Of a stretch of DNA of 56,819 nt, positions 27,801-39,800 are shown piece by piece; the first letter of the stretch is position 1, and every line of letters begins with the position of its first letter. The stretch comes from Octopus bimaculoides (taxonomy: Eukaryota), in contig NC_068985.1 in assembly GCF_001194135.2 (NCBI RefSeq), forward strand, positions 119,166,029-119,222,847, given 5' to 3'. The notes under the pieces are model-generated. The model was not told the DNA's origin and made no database searches. It saw nothing but the letters and a program-made list of their open reading frames with translations. The translations under genes and the position numbers were made by a program.

Positions 27801-30800
27801 TTATTTTGACAAATATATATATATAAGACCTGTTGAGGCAAGTGAAATCAAAATCGCTGACATGGCTGATGACAGTACCGCCTGATTGGCACTCATGCCA
27901 GTGGAACGTTAAAAGCACCATCTGACCATGATTGTTGCCAGGATCACCTTACTGGCACATGTGCTAGTGGCACGTGAAAAACAACATTCGAGCATGGTCG
28001 TTGCCAGTACCGCCCGACTGGCTCCCGTGCAGGTGGCACGTAAAAAACACCTTTTGAGCATGGTCGTTGCCAGTACTGCCTGACTGGCCCTAGTGCCGGT
28101 GGTATGTAAAAGCACCCACTAGACTCTCGGAGTGGTTGACATTAGGAAGGGCATCCAGCTGTAGAAACTTTGCCAGATCAGAATGGAGCCTGGTGCAACC
28201 TTCTGGCTCGCCAGTCTTCAGTCAAACCGTCCAACCCATGCCAGCATGGAAAGCAGGTGTTAAATGATGATGATGATAATATATTAGAGTAAAAATCAAA
28301 AACCAAGGCAGAATGAGTATCTCAAGTCATTTAGAATAATTTAATTAGGGTAAGGTGAATTTGAAGTCTTACAACCATTTCTGGGATTACCCAAGTGGTA
28401 GGTTAACATGTCCACACACTGGGTATTCTGTCATCAGAGACAAGGTATGAATATTTTAGACTGGGAAAATTTACAGTTTACGATGAAGGAATAAAATTCA
28501 CAGTTTATAAGGAATAAAACAGAATAAAGGAATAAATAGAAGAATAAAGAGTAAAGGTAGTTAGAAGAATATAGGCAGGAGAATAATGTTCACAACTCAT
28601 CTTTTTCCACTCTTATATAATATATACCTGCTAAAACGAAACGCTAATACAGAACCCTCATTTTATCAATATAAAACCTATATCAAATATTCATATACCT
28701 TCCCCTCTTTCTCAACATATTTTTTTAGATAATTTTTGGACCTTTACTCAATATACACATATATATACATTATTTGTAAATAATCTATTTTTTCTTTCAC
28801 AATATGTACTTAGATACACCCCTCTCTCACCTATTCTAAATATTAGTATTATTATTATTATCATTAACTATTGTCAATCTGTATGATACTTTTTACTTTT
28901 ATTTTTGATATATGCAAACACCTTTTAATACTTTTCGGTGACTATTTTGCCCTTATATATCTTTTCCCCCTCTTTTCTTCTTATTCGTAACCTATTCCAG
29001 TTGTATAATGTGTATATATATTTTTTAAAAACTACTTCTCTTAACTATCCCAATTTTTATTTCTTAAATTTTAAAAATTATTTTGGGTTTCTTACAAATC
29101 TACCTATATTAATCAAAATCTTACAGATGATGTGCTTATGCTTACAGTAATTCTAGGTGCACAACAATCACTTCCACAAAATGTACACACTCTCATAGAT
29201 ATAGTTTATTTATCATTGGTTATACACATAAATAGATTTATAGTACTTCCACCTTTTTTTTCCTCTTTATTATTTATTATTATTAATATTATTTTTATTT
29301 ATGTCATAATTATTATTACTGCTTTTAACGTTTTATTTTTCAACTTTATATTAACACCGGTTAATATAATTAATATATTATATTAATAGGCACAGGAGTG
29401 GCTGTGTGGTAAGTAGTTTGCTTACCAACCACATGGTTCTGGGTTCAGTCCCACTGCGTGGCACCTTGGGCAAGTGTCTTCTACTATAGCCTCGGGCCAA
29501 CCAAAGCCTTGTGAGTGGATTTGGTAGACGGAAACTGAAAGAAGCCCGTCGTATATATGTATATATATATGTATGTGTGTATATGTTTGTGTGTCTGTGT
29601 TTGTCACCCCAATTTCACTTGACAACCGAGGCTGGTGTGTTTACGTCCCCATAACTTAGCGGTTTGGCAAAAAGAGACCGATAGAATAAGTACTAGGCTT
29701 ACAAAGATTTGCTCGACTAAAAGGTGGTGCCCCCGCACTGCCGCAGTCAAATGACTGAAACAAGTAAAAGAGTAAAGAGAGAGAGTATACATTATATTCT
29801 ATATTTTACTTATAAAGTTTATACATATACTTATATGTCATATATTACACATATTATTATACACAGGTATATGGGGGTGTACATATGTGTGTATATATCT
29901 GCATATGTACACATGTAAATATACATATGTGCACATATCTTTTTACCTTATTTCGTAGATTTGTTCCTTTCAAATGCATCAGTATACAACATATATATAT
30001 ACATACTTTGAAATAATATGCTTCTCTTATATAGATTTATATATATGAATTACTTCTCGTATCTTTATTATACTTATTTTTTCGCACCTATCACTCCAAG
30101 ATAATAAAAATATTTTTCTTACATCTGCTTTCACCATAACGTTATGAAAGTTAGAAAATTCATCATCATCGTTTAACGTCCGCTTTCCATGCTAGCATGG
30201 GTTGGACAAAATTATTTATAAAACTATCTCTACGGTTTTCTACCTCTTTTATCCATAACTAGATTCTCAATTCATATTGTAATTTTTTTAATATCTAACA
30301 TAGTTAACACTAAAATATAGAAACGTGAAATTCTCCGAAAAATCTTTCTTACAAATATATCTTAGTTCGTCTCCCCTACATTGTGATCTTATTCAACCTC
30401 TCCAAAAAAAAAAAAAACTCATTTATCACCATACGTGGGTTTTTTTTTTTTTCAATAATTTTAACCACAGCAAGTATTTTCTTTCTCGATTCTATCATAT
30501 TAACAACTATTCTTCTTTTTTTATTCCTTCCTCTTAGACTCATTTCACACAAATATAATGCTTTTTAACTAATAATAAATCTTTTTTCCCCATTGTATTA
30601 ACCTAATAATTACTCCCTCACAACTCCAAATCTTCTTTTCATTTGAATTTCAAGTAACTTATATAAAATTATATCAATTATTCGAATTTCTTACTCATGG
30701 AATTTTTTTTAAACAATTTCTTTTTAATATACACCATAATTTATTTTCATTATATGCTACTCATAACTGTCAAATTATATATAAGCGTCCCATTGGATGC

Positions 30801-33800
30801 TTATTTATATATATTTATCTATACATATAAATCTGACATGGGCAATTCTTTCTTGTCTTGGAATTCATGGTGAAACGACTGGGTGGAATTGCGCAAAAAA
30901 TTACACAGATGTGTAGAATGATCCAGTGGTGATGCTGGGCTTTGTATTGTTTCATAGCTCCCATGGTTACCGAGATAATCTTCTATAATAATACTCTTGT
31001 GTTTATGAATGAGAAAGGAAGGGGGTGATGTCATATTTTTTTCATAGCTCCCATGGTTACCGAGATAATCTACTATAACAATACTCTTGTGTTTATGAAT
31101 GAGAAAGGAAGGGGCGATAGATGATTAAGGAAGGAAGGGGTGATGTCAGACTTGGTAGTGGGATGATGAAAATTGTACGCTGACAAATTTAATATGAAGA
31201 ATCTTTATTAGAAATCGAACTTTACAAAGTAAAGGATGAAATAGAACTCAACTTTTTCTCATATATATATAGATATATATATATATATANNNNNNNNNNN
31301 NNNNNNNNNNNNNNNNNNNNNNNNNNNNNNNNNNNNNNNNNNNNNNNNNNNNNNNNNNNNNNNNNNNNNNNNNNNNNNNNNNNNNNNNNNNNNNNNNNNN
31401 NNNNNNNNNNNNNNNNNNNNNNNNNNNNNNNNNNNNNNNNNNNNNNNNNNNNNNNNNNNNNNNNNNNNNNNNNNNNNNNNNNNNNNNNNNNNNNNNNNNN
31501 NNNNNNNNNNNNNNNNNNNNNNNNNNNNNNNNNNNNNNNNNNNNNNNNNNNNNNNNNNNNNNNNNNNNNNNNNNNNNNNNNNNNNNNNNNNNNNNNNNNN
31601 NNNNNNNNNNNNNNNNNNNNNNNNNNNNNNNNNNNNNNNNNNNNNNNNNNNNNNNNNNNNNNNNNNNNNNNNNNNNNNNNNNNNNNNNNNNNNNNNNNNN
31701 NNNNNNNNNNNNNNNNNNNNNNNNNNNNNNNNNNNNNNNNNNNNNNNNNNNNNNNNNNNNNNNNNNNNNNNNNNNNNNNNNNNNNNNNNNNNNNNNNNNN
31801 NNNNNNNNNNNNNNNNNNNNNNNNNNNNNNNNNNNNNNNNNNNNNNNNNNNNNNNNNNNNNNNNNNNNNNNNNNNNNNNNNNNNNNNNNNNNNNNNNNNN
31901 NNNNNNNNNNNNNNNNNNNNNNNNNNNNNNNNNNNNNNNNNNNNNNNNNNNNNNNNNNNNNNNNNNNNNNNNNNNNNNNNNNNNNNNNNNNNNNNNNNNN
32001 NNNNNNNNNNNNNNNNNNNNNNNNNNNNNNNNNNNNNNNNNNNNNNNNNNNNNNNNNNNNNNNNNNNNNNNNNNNNNNNNNNNNNNNNNNNNNNNNNNNN
32101 NNNNNNNNNNNNNNNNNNNNNNNNNNNNNNNNNNNNNNNNNNNNNNNNNNNNNNNNNNNNNNNNNNNNNNNNNNNNNNNNNNNNNNNNNNNNNNNNNNNN
32201 NNNNNNNNNNNNNNNNNNNNNNNNNNNNNNNNNNNNNNNNNNNNNNNNNNNNNNNNNNNNNNNNNNNNNNNNNNNNNNNNTATATATATATATATATATG
32301 CATGTCATTTACAAAGATCATGAGAGTATTCACTGTCCCAAAAATAGCACAATATACTGGTAACCTTGATTAGGTGTTTGAACATAACCTAGTTCAACTG
32401 CACAGGTAGTTCAAGCAGCTGACAGTATGAACAGCAGAGCAATAGACCAGCTATCCTGAAGTCCCTGAGCTGTAGCTGTCAATAAGATCACTGAAATCAG
32501 GGTTTAATGAATACAATAGGAAGATGTGAGGTGTAAGGAAGGAACAGAGGGAGGGGGAGACAAGTTGCACATTAAGAATCTCAACTGACTTCAGTTCTTA
32601 ACTGATTTACATCAATGTTAAAGGGGGGAGGAATTGACGCCACTGCTGTCACAGTCATAGTTGTCATCATTGAGTGCCTATTTTTGATGCTGGCATGGAA
32701 TGGAGATGGTTTGACAGGATCCAGCAAGCTGCATCAAGCTTCCATGTCAGCTTTGGCATGGTTTCTATACCTGGATGTTCTTCCTATATGTATGTGTATA
32801 TGTGTTCGTGTGAGTATATACAGAGAAAAGAAGTGTACTCTCATGCAGGAAAGAATATCGAATTTGTTTATGCCCAAGGTGCCATACAATATGAATGAAC
32901 CTGAAAGCATGTGGTTGCCACACCTACACCTATTGTTATTTTCACAGTGTTAAGTGTCAAAGTATTTCTTTCTAATATTGTTAGAAATGACAGTGTTGGT
33001 CATTAGTGGTCAAATATTACTCTTTACTCTTTTATTTGTTTCAGTCATTTGACTGCGGCCATGCTTGAGCACAGCCTTTAGTCAAGCAAATCGACCCCAG
33101 GACTTATTCTTTGTAAGCCTAGTACTTATTCTATCAGTCTCTTTTACCGAACCACTAAGTTACGGAGACCTAAACACACCACCATCGGTTGTCGAACAAT
33201 GTTGGCGGGGACACAGAACACACAAACATATATATATACATATATACAACGGGCTTCTTTCAGTTTCCGTCTACCAAATCCAGTCACAAGGCTTTGGTCG
33301 GCCCGAGGCTATAGTAGAAGATACTTGCCCAAGGTGCCACGCAGTGGGAATGAACCCGGAACCATGTGGTTGGTAAGCAAGCTACTTACCACACAGCCAC
33401 TCCTGCGCCTATTGGGCACTTATAATTATAACTGAAATTGATGGGGAGTGAGGAAGAGGCAACTTATTTCTTTTTGGCTTTGTTTTACCACACTTATATT
33501 CCTTTTCTCTTTATTGTTATGCTGTGCTACTGTGTTCTTGGGCAAGACACTTTATTTCATGTTGCTCCAGTTCACTCAGCCATAGAAACGAGTTGCAACG
33601 TCACTGGTGCGAAGCTGTATAGGCCTTTTCGTTTCCCATGGGTATAACATGGGTGGCATGGAGAGGGGGAGGATGGTATGCATGGGCAACTGCTGGCCTT
33701 CCATAAACAACCTTGCCCAGACTCATTCCTTGGAGGGGAACTTTCTAGGTGCAATTCCATGGTCATTCACAATCAAAGGAGGTCTTTTCCCTAATCTTAA

Positions 33801-36800
33801 CCCTTTTGATACTACTCCTTGCTCTGTGTTAGAAACCTTTCGCTTTCAAGAGTTCTGAATTAAAATCTTCCATCAGAACTTAGTGTAAATTTATGATCCA
33901 AAAATCAATTAATAATGACAAGGTTATTTTATTAGATTCTTCATTATATTTAAAATTAATTGAAGTAAAGACAGAGTATCTCAACAGGAATATGGTAACA
34001 AAATGGTTAATGACTTTACATAGATTCAGGCATGGCTGATGGGTGTAGGCATAGCTGTGTAGTAAGAAGTTTGCTTCTCAAGCACATGTTTTCAGGTTCA
34101 GTTCCACTTTGTGGCACATGCCTTCTGCTATAACTCTAAACTTTGTGAGTTTGATTTGATAGATGAAAACTAAAAGAAGCTTGTCATGTGTGTGTGTGTG
34201 TGACAGAACCTTCTAGAACTAAAAACCATTGATTAAAGATTATCTTAGCCTAGTAAGATTATCCATGAAGTCAATCAAGCAATATATGTAATCGTCATAA
34301 ACTACAAACCTTTTATCATGTTTCACCTTAACACAGTATAATGAGAACCCAAGGTGTGTGTGTACGTGCTTGGGCACATGTACGTGCATGCATGTGTGTG
34401 TTACTGTCTCCTTCTCTTGACATCATGTGATAAATGTAAGTCGCCCTGTCATACAAGCAGTGTCCTTCATTTCTACGAAAACATGTCCAATCATGAGGAA
34501 ATTTTACCCTACTTGGAAACAAGTGAGGGTTGGTGACAGGAAGAGCATCTGGCCATAGAAAATCTGATGTCATTTTGGTATATGTCACTCCTTACTGATG
34601 TCCATGAGTGACAAGACTTTGGAGCTAACCCTTCCTCCTAATTAATGTCTTTGTGGGAATATATCTGGGTTAGCTGCTACTTGAGTAAGAATACCTTCCC
34701 TTCAGCTTTAGACTGTTTAATTGTTTACTATCAGGTCATCCCATAAGTTCTGTCCGATTTTGCCTTTATTAAAATTGAATGAAATTTAATAGTATTTTAG
34801 AATGTCTAATGAAATTTAAAATTATTTTTAACCATTTGTATACATTTAAACTAATTAGATATTATTTTACAGAATAATAGAATTAAAATTTCTTTGATTA
34901 AAACCCTTTCTAACATGGAAGTATCCAAAGAGCATTTGAGGCACATAATGCTTTATGAGTACAAAAAAGGAAACTCTGCAGCCAAAGTGACTCGAAACAT
35001 ACACTCAGTTTATGCAAAAGAATGCTTGAATGAAAGAACTTGCAGAAGATGGTTTGCAAAATTCAGAAGTGGAGATTTCAGCCTTGATGATGAAGATCGA
35101 ACAGGACGTCCAGTTGAGTTTGATGATAAGCTCCTTGAGGCATTACTTGAAGAAACTCCTGCATTATCAGTTGAAGAATTGGCAATAAATCTTAGTTCAA
35201 ACCATACAACTGTTCGTCGTCATCTTCAACAACTTGGAAAGGTTCCTAAACTTGGAAAATGGGTGCCTCATGAATTGTCCAAAAGCAACCACAAATCTCA
35301 AGTTGACATCTGCTCTTCTCTCCATTCTCGCAAACTCATTCCACCCTTTTTCAATAGACTTGTGACTGGTGATGAAAAATGGATCTTCTATCAAAATGTT
35401 AAACATTGTAAACAGTGTCTTGGTAAAAGGGAAGAAGCTCAACCACAACTGAGAAGGGAACTTCATGGGGAAAAGGTTCTTCTCTCTATCTGGTGAGATT
35501 GCAAAGGAGTAATTCCCTTTGAATTGTTACCACCTAATGCAACAATCAACGCTCAAGTCTACTGTCAGCAATTAGAGTGTTCCAATCAAGCTTTGAAGAA
35601 AGAAAGACCTGCTTTAGTGAATCGAAAAGGAGTAATGTTTCATCAGGACAATGCGCGACCCTACACTGCAAAGATCACATCACAGAAGATCGAAGATCTT
35701 GGTTGGGAAAAAATTCTTCATCCACCTTATTCTCTTTACCTTGCTCCTTCAGACTACCATTTGTTTCATAGTTTACAGAATCATTTGGGGACATAACTTT
35801 CGCAAACCAGGAGGATGTTGAAACTGACATTTCAGAGTTCTTCACTTTGAAACCAAAAGAGTCTTACATTAATGAGATTTAAAAGCTTGTAAATAGGTGG
35901 AAGGAAGTCTTAGATAATCAGGGAAAGTATATTGATGATTAAATTTCAATTGAATATAACATTTGATCACTTGTTTTCTTTATTCAAAATTCAGACAGAA
36001 CTTATGGGATGACTTGATACATTATCCAGTCTTTGACTAGCCTTAGCATCACAGTTGATATTTCATAGTCTATTTAAATCTTTTCAGTCTATTTGATTGT
36101 TTTACTCTGTGCTTCTCCATTAAGTATCTTAACCTAATTACATTTTTTTGTTTGACATCCTAAGCCTCTCCAACTAAATGTATTTATAACCATATTTGTC
36201 TACATGCAATCCTATTACACTGTTTGAAAGTTATTATGTAATGTCTGGTGTGGATTTTTGTTTACTATTGCATGAATTTGCATAATCATAGTATGTATGC
36301 AGGGTGTGTCAGGTTTTTGAGGACACCTCTTTTAAGAGCTCTAACGTTCTTATAACTTTTCTCTTTTTAAACTTTACTTTTCAGACATACAAAATCAGTC
36401 ACCTGGCTGACTCAGCAAATGAAAAAGCACATTTTAATCATTGCCTTAAAAGTGCAGCATAGTGATACAGAGATAGCTTGCTTGATACAGAGATAGCTTG
36501 TTTCCTGAAAGTTGCTTGATCCGTTGGTGTCAGAGTTTGAAAGGAACTGGAAGGGATCCAATATCAGCAGCTAACTACAAAATGCATGCATGGGGTCCTA
36601 ATACCATCAGAACATTTAACTTTGTACAAAAAGTCCAAGAAATAATCAGTAAAATCTCCAGGAAGTTCAGTAAGAGGCACTGCAAAGGACCTCAAGGTTT
36701 CAGAATGCATGATCAGAAGCGTTATGCATGAGGACATCTGGTACAAGTCATATGTGATGTGAAAGGGAGGGGGGGGGTTCAGTTTATGTTGGATGTGACA

Positions 36801-39800
36801 AGAGAGAATTGTTTGATCTGTGCAAAGTGCTTGCCAAACAAATCAAAACACCAAGAACCTGGAATGCTTTGATTTTTCTCTGATTAAAAAAACTTTGATC
36901 AGGTCTAAAAGGTAAAACAAAGGAATGACAGATGGTTATGCAAAGATCTGAATGAGGTTCCAGTGATCATGCATACTAAGTTTCCAGCAACTGCGATGGT
37001 TCTGGGAGTTGTCAGCAACAAGGGAAATGTCATGCCTCCTCAATTTCTTTCACAGGGCTTAAAAGTCAATGCCGTTGTCTACACAAAGGAGTTGGAGAAA
37101 ATTGTGAGGCACTAGATAGACAGACTACACAACAGAAGATCATATGTCTTCCAACAATACTCTGCGTCTGTCTCATAAGGCTAGAACTACCCAAGTGGAT
37201 GTGTTCCAATTTCTATGATCATGTTCTCCCAGACACATGACTTCCTAGTTCATCATACCTCAATCCTCTGAACTATTACAAATGGGGCATAGTCAATAGA
37301 GAGGCCTATCAACATCCCCAAAACGCCATACAATCTCTCAAGTTCCCCATAACCAGTACTATGTCCAAAATTGATAAAAATCATTTGATTCAGGCATGTC
37401 AATGCTTTCAACCCCATATTGAAGCCGCCATTGATGCTAACAGCGGATTCCTTGAATAGGTGTAATAAAAGGATTCTCAAGATTATTTGTACCAATTCGT
37501 TTGCAAATTCAGCTTTTCTTTGATGAGCTATGCATCTCTTTTCTAAATTCATACAAATGACCTCAAAAATGTGATGCACCCTGTATATATTCTAGCATGT
37601 TAAATGATTTAGTTATCCTACCTGTTACTGAAATGAACACACGAATACATAATATAAGTATAACTTCATTTGTTTAATGTCTTTTTTTTGTTTTTGTTTT
37701 TTTTTTTACATGTTAACATAGGTTGGACAAAGACTTGTCTGGGGCTGAATATTATGGCTAGATGATTTTCCTGTCATGTGTGTGTGTGTGTGTATGACTG
37801 TAAAACAATACACTGAGTTGTGTCCCATTTCACAGAAAACAAAGATGTTAACCATTGCAAAAAGTTCCATTTAACTGAAAGTGCTTGAAGGTAATACACC
37901 TTCTCTTCGACTTATGACTGAATTTCATTAGTTGATCTGGTTGTATATTGGATTTATATTTTTCAACACTATTTTCGTTCAAATGCAGCTGATGCTTGAA
38001 AGCGACTGAGCGAGACAGTGGAAGGCAGTGGATGCCTGGGTCTGAAGAAGGCCTGCATTGTTAGATGCTGTTGCCATAGTTATTGTATGCATCGCTGCCT
38101 AACATTCAAAAACCGATTTGCAAGTCGCATAGGTCATAAGTCGAGGAGAAGGTGTACTCCAACATGACCATCTTTCATTGTCTGAAGCCAACAAATAAAC
38201 AGAAATGTAGACCAGCACCAAAAATTAGGAAGTATCTGATATCATTAAAGACTTACAGAGGTGTGCTATCCCATTTATCATGGATATTAATCTCCACATC
38301 TTTTTCATCCACAAGATATCTATAAAAACACAAAACGACAATGATTTCTTTCATTGGTCACCAGGAATCAAGATGTTGGGAGCAATCAGTGAGAGATTTA
38401 CATGGAGTAAAAAGATGAACACAACAAGAACAATAATAATGGTTTCAAATTTTAGCACAAGGCCAGAAATTTTAGGAAAGTGGGTAAGTCGATTACATCA
38501 ACCCCTGTACTCAACTGGTACTTATTTTATCGACCCTGAAAGGAAGAAAAGCAAAGTTGACCTTGGTGGAAATTGAACTCGGAAAGTAAAGATGGATGAA
38601 ATGCTGCTGAGCATTTTCCCCACCGATATGTTAATGATTCTGTCAGCTAGCCACTTCAATTATAATAATAATAATGGTTTCACATTTTGGCACAAGGCCA
38701 GTATTTTCGGGGAAAAGTCTAAGTCATTTACATGAACGCCCATATTTGAATGGTACAAGCAGAATTTGAACTTAGAACGTGAAGACATGAAATGCTGCTA
38801 GGCATTTCCCTCGGCATGCTAAAGATTCTACCAGCACACCGGATTAATAATAATAATAATCCTTTCTAGTAAAGGCACAAGGTCTGATATTGCGGGTAGG
38901 GAACTAGTCAATTATACTGACCCGAGTGTTTCACTGGTACTAAATTTATCGATCCCAAAAGAATGAAAGATAAAGTCAACCTTGGCAGAATTTGAGTTCA
39001 GAAGGCGGCGAGCTGGCAGAAACATGGCAAACAGAAACTGAGTGAAACCCCCAACATTTTCAGTGTGTGTGTGTGTGTGCGTGCATGTTTTTCAACATAC
39101 TTTTGTGCTAGGGAAACAGAGTCATTTGATAAGATAGGTACTAAACAGAAATAACCATTAGATTGTGTTAAGTGGATGAGAAACAAATTATTTCTCCTTG
39201 GTTAGGGTGCTAGTTCTATTAGAAAATATTCCTTATTAATTTAGTCCCCATATTCAGTTTTATTAGTCCTTAAAGGTAATGCTTTTTTTGGTATTCTGCT
39301 CAACCAGCAAAACAACTTGCTAAAAATAGCAAGTAACACTACTGTGTTACAATGGTGAGAATGCTGAAGAGCAAGACTGAATAACTAAAACAATCATCCA
39401 GTCAATTGTATCTTTTAAATTTATTGTTTGATAGACTGATAGAGACTGCTTCCTCTCAAACAATGCTCTTTTTCCAGCCTAACAAGACAAGTACGGCTGT
39501 GAAGGTGTGTGACTTAGTGGTTAAGGTATTCAGTCCATGACTGTAAGTTAGTGAGTTCGATTCCCAGCAGTGCATTGTATCCTTGAGCAAGACACTTAAC
39601 TTTTATGTTGCTCCAGTCCACTCAGCTGGCATAAATGAGTTGAACCAGTAATTCAAAGGGCCAGGCTTGTCACATTGTGTCATGCTGAATCTCCCTGTGA
39701 ACTACATTAAGAATAGAAATGTCTAAAAACAAAAGTTTTACTATTTGTTTTTGCTTATGTTGTGACATATACGTATTAGTTTGAGAAACACTGAGGTGAA

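Noticed and set aside
28600-30830. Mitochondrial insertion (NUMT)
   Set aside because: No recognisable mitochondrial protein, rRNA or tRNA motif found by eye; not formally excluded without BLAST.
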